Below are positions 25,535 through 37,017 of a stretch of 64,000 nucleotides of DNA, piece after piece (the stretch's first letter is position 1; every line of letters begins with the position of its first letter). The notes under the pieces are model-generated. The model was not told the origin of the DNA. It made no database searches and saw only the letters and a program-made list of their open reading frames with translations. Source of the DNA: Podarcis pityusensis (lineage: Eukaryota); the NCBI GenBank assembly GCA_964106645.2, contig OZ067051.1. One strand, given 5' to 3'. Made by a program: the position numbers and the translations under genes.

Positions 25535-25536
25535 CA

Positions 25537-25588
<52 letters not shown>
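25535..25588 (+). repeat. Compound (CA)n(GA)n microsatellite
   Basis: Read directly. Confidence 0.9.
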
Positions 25589-25590
<2 letters not shown>

Positions 25591-25956
25591 CCTATTCTGC
25601 TGGCTACAAGAGAAGGCTTATTTCAAACCTAATTTGGGGATCAGAGTGAGGAAAGAAGAGCCATGTGGGAACCAGGGAAGGCCTTAATGAGTATGTCTCC
25701 AGACACCATGTTGATTCATACATGACTCTGCAAGCAGTATAGCTCTCCAGATAGGAAATATGCTATTGTATTGACAACACAACAATATTTATCTCCTCAC
25801 AGAAGATTACCTCTGCTCCCCAAAATGCAATTCTATGCACACTTACCAGAGAGAAAACAACACTGAGTACAAAGAAACTAACATCTGAGTAAACATGCAC
25901 TGGTCATTTCATTTTATTATCCACTTAGCACTGCCCTCAAAATATCAGCCACATAC

Positions 25957-26105
25957 TCATCATCTATGTCGCCTTCTTCCTCTTCTTCCTTTCCCTCAAT
26001 CTGGTCACTGTCACTATCCTTGTGTTCACTTGTGAAGTCTTCATAATCACCCACAGGATCAAAGTAGTCCTGATATTTAAGATCACGAGCACTTTTGATG
26101 ATCTG
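25957..26105 (-). CDS. MPHOSPH10: MPHOSPH10 exon 3 (IIKSARDLKYQDYFDPV...acidic)
   Basis: Homology to human KSSRNLKYKDFFDPV. NAGNAG acceptor (exon start 26105 or 26102); GT donor. Confidence 0.92.
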
Positions 26106-26780
26106 CTGGGAAGAAGAGGAGAGAAACCAGCAAGAGGTTACAAAGAGGCTCCTGAAGTTTCAATGTAACATTTGAACAAGATAAATGAGTAAAGGGGCTA
26201 TATTAAATAGTTAGGCTTATTAAATAAACTGGATAGCTTACAGTTTTTTCCTGAAGAAGCATGAACCAAAGTCTTAAAATACTTTATTAACAATCAATTC
26301 TATTTTCAGGACCTGCAAGCATGGATGTGGCCAAAGTGACCCATGTGATTTAAAGTTAAAAAGTACTTTGAGAATATTCTTCAACATGTTCTCATGCATC
26401 GCTTTTCTTCCTACTCTGTTTTCAGATGCCTCAGGGATTCAGATACACCTTTGCTCCAGCTAGATCAATGAAAAGTTCAGCTGCCATTTTGCTGTTCTCC
26501 ATTTAGTCCATTCTTAGTGGCAGTCAATGCAAATTGTGAGTCCTTTTCCAATTAACGAACACATTGCAAATAGTTAGCCTGTTATTTACCGACCGTTACA
26601 GGCAGCATGTGAGAAGGTAACTTTTCAAAAATACAAGATGGGAAGTTCTCTGATATATGGACTCCTTATACAGATCTATTACTTGAACGTTTGAGCAATG
26701 GGTTGATCTGACCCACCAGCTCCCTCACTACTTCCCTGCTCTTACCCCTTACTTGTACACATGGAGCATGTTGTCTTGAT

Positions 26781-26871
26781 TTATTATGATTTTGTTTGTA
26801 TTGTTATTATGATTTTGTTTGTAATATTATGATTATGTTTGTAATGTTATTAAGATTTTGTTTGTAATGTT
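26781..26871 (+). repeat. AT-rich minisatellite, ~4 imperfect copies of a 20-23 bp unit (ttattatgattttgtttgtaatg)
   Basis: Read directly. Confidence 0.8.
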
Positions 26872-26995
26872 CAACTGCATTTGTTTCCACAAAATGCTAT
26901 TAATAAAAAAGACAGTTGCATTATGAAGTCATTACTAAACCCTCTGAGTGTTTAGCTTTTAACATATGATGTTTTACACCTTTTTATGCAGTTAC

Positions 26996-27677
26996 CTTCG
27001 TTTTGGAGTCTCCAAATTCCTCTTCATCCTCACTCTCATCATCTTCAGAAAAAATGTCCTCAAAGTAATTTATTCCTTCTTCTTCTTCATCATCATCACC
27101 CTTCTCTCCGATTTGTCTTTTCTCCACTGCATCCAAACAAGCCTCCATCTCAGCCAGTTTGAAAAATCTGTCATCCACTATGGACTTTTCTCCTGTTTTT
27201 TTCACAGTGCTTTTTGATGTTTGGGTTTGCTGCTCCAACTTATCAATGTCAAAGTCCATATTGGAATCATCATCACTAAATGCATCGTCTTCCATGGTCC
27301 CAAGCCAATTTCTCTTTCCTTCAAGCTCACTTTCCTCTTCCAGATGACCATTGCTGAAATCTGCCTCTACTTCCATCTGGTCCTCATTACCCGCCTGATC
27401 CTCATGGTCTTCTGAGACAGAACCATCCTTGTCTGAAGCTGGAAGAAGGCATAGTTCCTCCTCTCCCTCCACATCTCTAGCAACAGCTCTCTTGAAGTAG
27501 CCTAGAACTGCATTATTCTGGAGTTCTAGCTGTTGCCAAATCTGCTCTTCATCAAAGTTCTCTATCACCAGTTCCTTTAAAGGACTTCCAGAAATAACAT
27601 CAGCTCCAAGCATTTTGTGGAAATCGTATAATGTTTTTGTTAGAGAGATGAAGTCATCTGCAAGTCCATCCTGAATG
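26996..27677 (-). CDS. MPHOSPH10: MPHOSPH10 exon 2 (IQDGLADDFISLTKTLYDF...FDEEQIWQQLELQN...KSIVDDRFFKLAEME)
   Basis: Homology to MPP10; AG/GT boundaries; 682 nt, phase 2 to 0. Confidence 0.96.
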
Positions 27678-27779
27678 CTGGAGTCAAAACAAATTGTAAG
27701 ACATCATGCATTTTAAAAGTCATAAAGTTTAGGTCTTTGTCAGATCAAGATGCAGAAACAGGAAAAGTATGTGAAAATA

Positions 27780-27887
27780 CAGGCATATCTCAGCGATATT
27801 GCAGGTTCAGTTCCAGACCACCACAGAAAACCAAATATCTCAATAAAGCAAGTCACACAAATTTACACTATATTGTAGTCTATTAAG
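27780..27887 (-). mobile_element. Tigger1-like (pogo) DNA transposon terminal fragment
   Basis: TA|CAGGCATATCTCAGCGATATTGCAGGTTCAGTTCCAGACCACC...AGTCACACAAATTT|ACACTATATTGTAGTCTATTAAG matches my recollection of the reverse-complemented mammalian Tigger1 3' end, with an internal deletion. Confidence 0.65.
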
Positions 27888-28462
27888 CCAGGTCCCCATG
27901 GCTGCAGGGGTGGGAGGGGGAAAACCTGGCCCCAGCCCTAGCCAGCTCCACTCCTGTGGCCAGAAGGGGAGCAGCAGCAGGGGAGTGGGAGGCTGGACTG
28001 CATGCAGCTGCGCCCATGTCCTCATAAGGAGCAATATCTGCGGAATAAAATTAGGTATGCTTATATATACCATTACTGCTGGTACAGAATGCACGCAAGT
28101 TGGCATGCAACATCAGTTCTGAACAAACTGCAGTTTGCTAATACACTAACAATACTCAAGGTTTTGAGGTTAATGCAGAAAGCCTTCAATGACATGGGTC
28201 CCCAAAACTCAAAGGAGAACTTCTCCCTATATCTACCACACCGTGCTTTGAGATCTGCTGAAGAAGCCCTTCTAAATGGTCCATCTGACAGGCACTGTCC
28301 CTTGTCCGCCTTCCTAGTGGTGACACCCCACCTGTGGAAACCCCCATGGCTACAGTACTGAGGGTATTCTTCCAAGATCCATAGCAAAGTTACCTGGACT
28401 GCTGTTTGATGCTTAAAAACATTCTCTCTCCTCCTCCTCCTCTCTCTGTATACACATATAAC

Positions 28463-28464
<2 letters not shown>

Positions 28465-28498
<34 letters not shown>
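28465..28498 (+). repeat. (GT)n microsatellite
   Basis: Read directly. Confidence 0.9.
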
Positions 28499-28502
<4 letters not shown>

Positions 28503-28939
28503 GCCAGATTTAAGGTGATGTGACTGGTTCCAACGTAAAGGTTGGCCCCTCCAAGCCATGGGGGTGCAAAATAACAACAACAACAACAATAATAATAATA
28601 ATAAAACCCATATTTATGGGTACCTACTGAGATCCATTTTAAAACTACTGTACCAAAATGAATTATGATTCTGTTGTGAAAATAAGAAATATTTTTGGGA
28701 GGGCGCCAAATTTTGTCTTCGCTGAGGGCACCATATTATCCAAGTCTGCCCCTGGTGTGAGGTGGGTGGCTCTTAAGTCGTTGCTGGACTCCCCTGCCCC
28801 AGATAGCAGTGCCAACCATCAGGGATGGAGGGAATTGTAGCCCAGCAACGACCTACAGCCTGGACGACCACAGGCTCCCCCCGCCTGGAATTACCCCCAC
28901 ATAATGCCTGTAACCCCCCACACCAAGGGAGGGGGCAAT

Positions 28940-29580
28940 ATCCCGCGCCAGCCGTCCTCGAGAGGCAGCCTTCCGGCGGCGCCCGGGGCCAGAGCCCACC
29001 CGGGGACAGCATGGCGGGGGTTGGGCTGGATGCCCCTCGGGGGTCCCTTCCGACTCTACGATTCTGTTTCCATGAAACCAACTAGCTCAGCTCCAAGGGT
29101 CTCAGGGGGGCCGACTCTGGAGCCGACTCTCGCCGGGTATCACCCGCCCGCGTGCTTCGGGGTGCTGAAGACACGGGTGCTTCTTTTTCAAAAATGGCCG
29201 TAACGTGAGCACGCGCGCGCGCGAGGGCGGGAGGGCGCTTTACCTGAGGAACCGCTCGGGGTGGGCCGTGGCGGCGCCCAGTCTCTCCAAGCAGGCGCCC
29301 AGCCTTCCGCCCGCCATGGCCTCGTCGTCTTCGCCGCCTCCGCTGCGCCGCCCGGCCCGGCCGCGTCCCTCGGCCCGCCGAGGACAGTTCCGCCTCTCGG
29401 TCGAGCGCAGAAGGTTCCGCGTGCGGGGAAGGAGAAGGAGGCGGCGCCGGGGCTGAGCTCCTCCTTCCTCGGGGGCGAGAGACCAAGAGCGCGGGGCGGA
29501 GGAGGCGCCGCCGGGAACGCGCGCAGAGACACTATGGATCGCATAAAATCCACGCGCCTCCTGATTGCTACGCGGTTTGA
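28940..29580. promoter_or_regulatory. CpG island over the first MPHOSPH10 coding exon
   Basis: Very high GC/CpG content, GC boxes, GCGCGC tract. Confidence 0.75.
29244..29317 (-). CDS. MPHOSPH10: MPHOSPH10 exon 1 coding part (MAGGRLGACLERLGAATAHPERFL)
   Basis: Homologous to human LERCLTEVGKATGRPECFL. Kozak context gccATGg. Donor CAG|GTAAAG. Phase 2 joins exon 2 in frame; summed CDS is 2028 nt (675 aa + stop). Confidence 0.9.
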
Positions 29581-30401
29581 AAAGAGAATAAAACAATATA
29601 ATGATCAGTTTAAAAACAACAAGAGAAGACAAGTCTGAATCATTTGAAGCATAAAGCATGCGGAAAGGGGCCCCAGAGGACAAATAGTCCAGCCCCCAGA
29701 AATGCAGGATTCTCCACGCGATCCTGCGTGCCAGGGGGCCATCTGCGAGGGACGGAAAACAGATGGCAACATAAATCCTCTTAGCACTCTAAGTCCTTTT
29801 AAATGTGTTTGTGGAAGGGGGAGTTGGGGGTTTGATTTCTTGTTCTTATCTGTCTTTTGTGTTTTGTATTTTTATGCTGTGAAATAAAATTAAAACTTAA
29901 CTGTTTCTCTATAGATAGAGATATACACACACCCCTTTCCTCCATGGAGCTCAAGGTGGTGTACATAACCCCCACTTCATCCCCACAAACAACCCCATGA
30001 GCCACACTGCTCTTTGCATGCCTACTCAGGAGTAAGCTCCATTGATTTCAAGCAGGACTTGCTCCCAGTTAAGTGTGCATAGGATTCTACCAGTTGGTGG
30101 TTCTAGCCCCCCAGGGATGGCTCTGGGCAGGATTCCTGCATTGCAGAGGGTTGGACTAGATGACCCTTGGGATCCCTCCCAACTCTACAATTCTGAGCTA
30201 ATGCATCACAGGGGTGGGCAGCGGGGACAGGTCCGTCCAGATGGTGACGACTGCATCTTCCAATATGACCCTTGGACATGCTGGCTGGGGCTGTTGGTAG
30301 CTAGAATCCAATGGGATCCGGAAGACGACTAGTTTTAAATTCCTGCTGCATGCAGAGCATGCAGGCCAAGCATCATTTTATGCCACTCTATCATGTCTCC
30401 A

Positions 30402-30755
30402 GGGACGCGGGTGGTGCTGTGGTGTAAACCTCTTGAGCTTTGGGCTTGCTGATCCGAAGGTCAGTGGTTCGAATCGCCGTGATGGGGTGAGCTCCTGTTG
30501 TTCGGTCCCTGCTCCTGCCAACCTAGCAGTTCGAAAGCACGTCAAAATGTGAGTAGTTCAATAGGTTCAAACCTCCAGCGGGAAGGTTTCCATGTGCTGC
30601 TCTGGTTCGCCAGAAGCTGCTTAGTCATGCTGGCCACATGACCCGGAAAAACTGTCTGTGGACAAAGGTTGGCTCCCTCAGCCAGTAAAGCGAGATGAGC
30701 ACTGCAACCCGAGTTGTTCACGACTGGACTTAACTGTCAGGGGTCCTTTACCTTT
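30402..30755 (+). mobile_element. Sauria SINE
   Basis: Same family as 6710-7046; TSD-like tatcatgtctcc / tatcatgactcc. Confidence 0.9.
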
Positions 30756-31035
30756 ATCATGACTCCTGCTAGGAGTTGTTTCTTTTTGCTTTGTTTTATT
30801 TCTTATCAATTAAAAAAACCTCAGTGTGGCATGAGCAATTTTTTATTCTGAAAGTGTGACCCAGAGAAAATAGTTTGAGAACAGACTAACATGACTATCC
30901 TTCTGCAGCTTAATATTAAGGCCACAGGTGATCCTGGGTCTTTAGTCCCAAGCATCTGGTATTCAGAGGTAGACTGCATCTGCAGATAGAGGCTTACTCT
31001 CTGTTTGGTAAAGCACCAAAGTACATATATTTAAT

Positions 31036-31490
31036 AAATAATAATAATAATAATAATTTATTATTTATACCCCGCCCATCTGGATGAGTTTCCCCAGCCA
31101 CTCTGGGCTAAACAGGACTGCCTTCTAATATTTTATAAAAGTCTGATAGTTGTTTATTTCCTTGACATCTGACGGAAGGGCGTTCCACAGGGCGGGTGCC
31201 ACCACCAAGAAGGTCCTCTGCCTGGTTCCCTGAACTTTGCTTCTTGCAGTGAGGGAACCACCAGAAGGCCCTCAGCGCTGGACCTCCATGTCCGGGCTGG
31301 ACGATGGGGGTGGAGACGCTCTTTCAGGTATACTGGGCTGAGGATGTTTAGGACTTTAAAGTTCAGCATCGACACTTTGAATTGTGCTCGGAAATGTCCT
31401 GGGAGCCAACATAGGTCTTTCAGGACCGGTGTTATGTGGTCTTGGTGGCCGCTCCCAGTCACCAGTCTAGCTGCCACATTCTGGATTTCT
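31036..31490 (-). mobile_element. L2-clade LINE 3' fragment with (AAT)n tail
   Basis: Minus strand encodes IQNVAARLVTGSGHQDHITPVLKDLCWLPGHFRAQFKV, the typical L2 ORF2 C-terminus. Confidence 0.75.
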
Positions 31491-31700
31491 ACAGTTTTAT
31501 TTGTAAGCTGCCTTCCATAGTTCAACCCATGCTCAAGGCAGCTTACAACATGAAAAACACTTGTAACTACAACATAACAAACATAGTCATAAACAATAAA
31601 TAAAATACACATAAAAAATACCCAGCCCAGCTGAGTGGTGCTGGTGGTGCTGCCTCAGATGCCAGAGTCAGGTAGAGCCTACCTTGTAGGGAGGTTTGAT

Positions 31701-31947
31701 CATGGGCAGGCAACCTAAGGCCCGGGGGCCGGATGCAGCCCAATTGCCTTCTCAATCCGGCCCACGGATGGTCGGGAATCTGCGTGTTTTTACATGAGTA
31801 GAATGTGTGCTTTTATTTAAAATGCATCTCTATTATTTGTGGGGCATAGGAATTCGTTCATTTCCCCACCCAAAATACAGTCCAGCCCCCCACAAGGTCT
31901 GAGGGACAGTGGACCGGCCCCCGGCTGAAAAAGTTTGCTCACCCCTG
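31701..31947 (-). mobile_element. Non-autonomous hAT MITE, OC1-like
   Basis: Perfect 8-bp TSD ggtttgat (31693-31700 and 31948-31955). High similarity to 9364-9613. Confidence 0.85.
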
Positions 31948-32089
31948 GGTTTGATCCTTTATGCTTCTCTTTAAACACACACACACCAGATGCTGGGCAC
32001 AAACTAGGGAAGGATGTTGGATTTAGCTCTGACTTTAGAGCTTCTTAGTCCAGAAGTCTCCCCTCTCCCCTTTGAGTCAAACGGGAGTA

Positions 32090-32440
32090 TTTGGCGAAAG
32101 CCATTAGAAAAAGGGTCGCGCTAGGACCGCGCGACGGCTCCTTTCTGCGGCTCTCCCCGGCGAAGGCCGCCTCGCCATCTTTTCGCGAGCGCCGCCTCCC
32201 TTACCTTTTTGAGCCTGCGGCGGTGCCGTTGCCAGCGCTCTGTCGCCTTCGCTCTGGCTTCATGGAAGCGGGTTCTTCGTTACAGCTGCTCTGCCGGGCG
32301 TGCCAGCTTCAAAGATGGCGGCCCTCTCGCGACCCCTGACAGCAGGTAGGGCTTCCCAGGCTCAGGGGGAGGCGGGGCTCCGAGGAGGAGACCCCTGTGG
32401 GGCGGGGGGGGGGGCAGGCTGCACTTTGCAGGCGACGAGG
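32090..32440. promoter_or_regulatory. CpG island / MCEE promoter with YY1 sites
   Basis: CpG-rich. YY1 consensus AAGATGGCGGC overlaps the ATG (32312-32322), with a second copy on the minus strand (~32173-32182). TCTCGCGA-type motif near 32325. Confidence 0.75.
32315..32345 (+). CDS. MCEE: MCEE exon 1 (MAALSRPLTA, start of mitochondrial presequence)
   Basis: ATG in aagATGg context within the CpG island. Donor CAG|GTAGGG. Phase 1 joins exon 2 in frame. Confidence 0.75.
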
Positions 32441-33939
32441 GAAGGGACCTGGAGAGAAGCTTTGCTTTGCACACCTTGATTTGTCCCTCTTTTTGCAGCC
32501 TCCTGGAGAAGGCAAGGTCTCTTCCATTGGGTCCCACCAAGGCGACGTCCGCACCAGGCACTGAAGGCGCTGTGATGCCACTTTAAACAGGCCTGGCTCC
32601 CCCGCCAATAAATAGTTTGCTGGTGGGGCAGAGAGCTACAATTCCGAGCTACAATTCCGAGAGTGGATTAACAACCATAGAATAATAGAATTGGAGAGTA
32701 GAGTTGGAAGGGAACCCGAGGGTCCTCTAGTCCAACCCCTGCAGTGCAGGAATCTCATGACAGATGGCCACCCAAGCTTTGCTCCAAGGAAGCAGAGTTC
32801 ACAACCTCCTGAGAGAGTCCATTCCAAACAGCTCATATTGTCAGAAAGTTTTTCCTGATGTTTAGTCGGAATCTTCTTTCTTGTAATTTGAACCCATTGG
32901 TTCAAGTTCTACCCTCTGAAGTAGGGTGAAACAAGCTTGCTCCTTTAGTACCCTTGGGTGCAGCTCATCAGGCCCTGGAGATTAAATTCATTTAAATAGC
33001 TAGGTGTTCTCTGACCACCTCTCTTCCTGCTTTGGGCTGCAGCTCCTCCTTGCATCATTTATTCTGTTGTTGCCAGATTGGGCACTGCTTTCCTTTTGGG
33101 TGAAGGTGAGTTCCCTGGGGAACTCTGGAAGGGGAATAGGGGAGTCAGCACCTTTAACAAACTACAGTTCCCAGGATTCTTTGGGAGAAGCCACAACTGT
33201 TTCAGTGGCATGATACTGCTTTAAATGTATCGTGCAGATGGGGCCTCCCTCTCCGATGTCAAGTTCTACTTAAATATCCCCCTCCCGGAGCTACAATTCC
33301 CAGAGTGGTTTAACGAACTGTTATGTTTAGCTGCTAGGGATTGCCCACCCGCCGGATCTCCAAGGCTGACTGCTCTATGCCCACACGCCCAATCTCAACA
33401 CACACACAAACACCCCACGGATCTCCATGGCTGCTCCTTCACACCCACCCACCCACCTGATCTTCATGCCCACCCTACATACTTCCATGTTTCAGACATC
33501 GTGATATTTAGGCATATCGCAATGTTTAGCTGGTGATGTATCATGATGTTGAGAACTGGATATTCCACAGCCCTACTTGGAGGGGACCCACTGCAATGCA
33601 GGAATATGCAGCTGTCCTATACAGGGATCAAACTGCAACCGTGGCATTACCAGCACCAGGCTCTAAGGGACTGAGCTATTCAGTTGCTCATGGGCCATCC
33701 CCCCACCTCTTGAATTTCTGAGGGAGGTGGAATTGCCAAGAGACTCCTGGGAGGGTCTGAGGGAAGGAGGCAATCTTTTCAATATTGGAGGCCTAATATC
33801 CTTCCTCCACAATCTCACCATCTGTTCTAATGTGCTCATGCACCCTGATGTGGTCTGTATCCTGCCAAGCCCCTTGGCTGCAAGGAGGGTGGATTGTTTC
33901 CCATGTGACTTGACAGCCTTACATGTGAAAAGGATCTAG

Positions 33940-34490
33940 GCACCAGAAAGCTTGACATGAGTCCACAGTGTGATGAAGCGGGGGGGGGGGGGGGAACTAA
34001 GGCTATTCAAGGCTGCATCAAGAGAAGTCTAGTGTCCAGATCAATGGAAGTAATAGTCCCACTCTATTCTGCCTTGGTCAAACCACATCTGGAATACTGC
34101 GTTCAATTCTGGACACCACAATTTAAGGAGGATATTGACAATCTGGAACATGTGCAGAGGAGGGCAACCAAGATGATCAAGTGTCTGGAAGTCATGTCTT
34201 ATGAGGAACTGTGGAAGGAGCTGGGTATGTTTATCCTGGAAAAGAGGATACTAAGAGGACTAATAGATTCAAATTACAAGGAAGGAGATTCTGACTAAAC
34301 ATTAAAAAGAACTTTCTGACGGTAAGTGTGCAACGGACTCCCTTGGAAGCTGGTGGTCTCTTCTTTATTGGAGGTTTTTAAGCAGTGGTCAGATGGCCAT
34401 CTATCTTAGATTCTTTAGCTGTGATTCTGGCATTGGAGGGGGTTGGACTGGATGACCCTTGGGGGTCCCTTCCAACCCTACAATTCTATG
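33940..34490 (+). mobile_element. CR1 LINE 3' fragment
   Basis: [19 protein letters not shown]...LEHVQRRATKMIK motif; CR1 terminus CCTTCCAACCCTACAATTCTATGATT. Confidence 0.85.
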
Positions 34491-35326
34491 ATTTTGCCTT
34501 GAATTTCTAACAGATAATGACTGCGAGTGTGTGTTCTGCCGGGGTGCCATGGGGGAACTAGCAAGTGCCCCACCTTCCACCACTAATTGAGAAAGCTTTC
34601 ACTATACATTGAAAATGGGACACTTGGGAACTCTCCAGAAGAAACAGAATGGAGAACACAAGAGCAAATGCCAAAGCATTCTAGGAAGTGCTGGATAGCC
34701 TTCTTTCTCTTCAAGTGTTAATTCCAAATGCTCGTTGTTTTGCTTATGAGGAGGAAAAGGTATAGAAAGGAGAATTCCTAAGATCCAAGTGCTAAGATCC
34801 AAGTGTGGGCAAGTACTCTTTGATGAGAAAAACCACAGGGAGATTTAAAGTCACAAAATATGCAGCAAAGTAAGGGGTGGAAATATATGGTAGGCTGTTA
34901 GACCTTTAAAATAAGGTTAACCATAATGCTAAGCAAACAAAAGAACCAGAGTCTGCTTCATTTGTGGCACCTGAGACAAGAGCTCTGGTGGAAAGCGCGG
35001 AGTGCCGGTCCTGTATTATTACCGGAGCTGGTATTAATGGTCAGGAAATGCCCAGATAAGCAGGTGCATTTTTAGCTGCTGGCAGAAGCACCCCACAATT
35101 GATGCCTGCTTGATCTCCCACTCCTTTCTAATGGAATAGAGCTCTTCTCCAACATGGAGAATATGCCCTTTCTGATTGTCACATCCAGACAAGAAGTTAA
35201 CACGGAGTACTTGTAGGTACAGAGCCTCGGTTTGGGACCAAGGTATTGCTGCCATCATCGCATAAACTGGTCTAATCCCCTTGTAGAAGCACCAGCCATC
35301 ACAACCTCTTGTAGTACCTGTGGATT

Positions 35327-35526
35327 NNNNNNNNNNNNNNNNNNNNNNNNNNNNNNNNNNNNNNNNNNNNNNNNNNNNNNNNNNNNNNNNNNNNNNNNNN
35401 NNNNNNNNNNNNNNNNNNNNNNNNNNNNNNNNNNNNNNNNNNNNNNNNNNNNNNNNNNNNNNNNNNNNNNNNNNNNNNNNNNNNNNNNNNNNNNNNNNNN
35501 NNNNNNNNNNNNNNNNNNNNNNNNNN
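35327..35526. other. Assembly gap (200 N), probably hiding a Sauria SINE
   Basis: N run; the right flank actggactaatgtcaggg...ccctt resembles the Sauria SINE 3' end. Confidence 0.9.
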
Positions 35527-35727
35527 ACTGGACTAATGTCAGGGAGACCCTTCAGCCTCTGCTGATTTCTTATTTCCATTTTGTGTTGTGTGGTACCTGA
35601 TTGCAACATAATCTCTTAATGTGATGACATGGGCGAGGTGCCCTGGAAAAGAGAGAAAGGTATGCATTGGTTTTATTGCTTAGAAGTGGTTCTTTTCTCA
35701 GTCTTTCTCTCTCGCTCTTCTTTTCAG

Positions 35728-36063
35728 GGCTTCTCAATTGGTTGCAAAAAAGAGCTGCTCCAACAGTGCGGACATTGGCAGACGCTGCTTCCTTGGCTCA
35801 GAAGTCTCTGTGGAAACTGGGTCGACTGAACCATGTGGCTATCGCAGTGCCCAATTTAGAAAAAGCCACCTCTTTGTACAGGGATGTGTTGGGTGCTCAG
35901 GTGAGCAAAATGGTACCCCCTTCCTGAACACGGCGTCTACACAGTCTTTGTGGACCTGGGCAACACAAAGTTGGAACTTCTGCACCCACTAGGGGAGAAC
36001 AGCCCAATCGCTGGTTTCCTGAAGAAAAACAAGGAGGGAGGAATGCACCATATCTGCATTGAG
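35728..36063 (+). CDS. MCEE: MCEE (methylmalonyl-CoA epimerase) exon 2, with apparent +1 frameshift in the C-run at 35916-35920
   Basis: WKLGRLNHVAIAVPNLEKA...LGAQVS in one frame; LPEHGVYTVFVDLGNTKLELLHPLGENSPIAGFLKKNKEGGMHHICIE in the next. AG/GT boundaries. Exon is 336 nt where phase requires 335. Confidence 0.93.
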
Positions 36064-36864
36064 GTATTTCCACTCCTCTTTCTTTTTGTTTGAATTTTTT
36101 TTTTAATCACATTGAAAAACCTGGATGCTTTACTTCATCGTAAGGCAGCGTATTTGAAATTCTGAGAATCCTAAGGTTCTTTACTACCTGATTTCTTTAC
36201 TTCCTTTGAAGGGGTCAAATTTCTAGCCTTCATTAAGGTATGTTTTGAGAAGCTTGTTTGTGAATTGGGGTGATCTAATTTAGAAAAAAAGATGAGCAAG
36301 GGACCAATATGAAAGAGTTATATAAAGCCTAGTGTGGTGTGGAGACAGAGCTTCTCTCTGTCCCCTTTCTCGTAGGAGTAGAACCCACTGAGATCATCCA
36401 GCAAATCTGAACTAAGATTTAGGACAGACGAAAGGAAGCACTTCTTAAAAAGCACATGGTTAAACTATGGAATTTTCTACCACAGAATGTAGAGATGGCC
36501 ACCAACTTGGATCTCTTTAAAAGGGGATTAGATGCATTCTGGGAGGAGGAAAAAGCTGCCAGAAGACCCTGATCAGGCTTCTCTGAATCGCAGTTGCTGG
36601 AGGTCACAGGCAGGAGGGGCTATTGCCCTCGTGTCCTGCGTCTGGTTTGCCACTCCTTGTGGGGAAAGCACAGCCTACACAACGCCTTTGGTTTGCTACA
36701 GCAGCAGCCAGGCTGTCCTTGGCTTGTTAGTTTTTAAAGCACAAACCTGTTTTCCAGCCTCCGCATCTCTTGTGATCTTCATCCAATTTTCTTTTTTTAA
36801 TGTTGAGATTCAGTATTGTTTCCAACATATCCTTCTTAGACAAAAGTTTTCTTTTCTTTTAAAG

Positions 36865-37017
36865 GTGAACAGTATAACAGATGCCATAGCTGAACTGAAG
36901 GAGAAGAAGATCCGTGTTCTGAGCGAAGAGCCCAGAATTGGGGCCCATGGGAAACTGGTGGTTTTCCTCCATCCTAAGGACTGCAACGGAGTCCTAGTGG
37001 AACTTGAGCAAGCCTGA
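36865..37017 (+). CDS. MCEE: MCEE exon 3 (VNSITDAIAELK...IGAHGKLVVFLHPKDCNGVLVELEQA*)
   Basis: Matches the human MCEE C-terminus. AG acceptor, TGA stop, AATAAA at 37249 and 37767. Confidence 0.95.
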   Translation: MNSITDAIAELKEKKIRVLSEEPRIGAHGKLVVFLHPKDCNGVLVELEQA

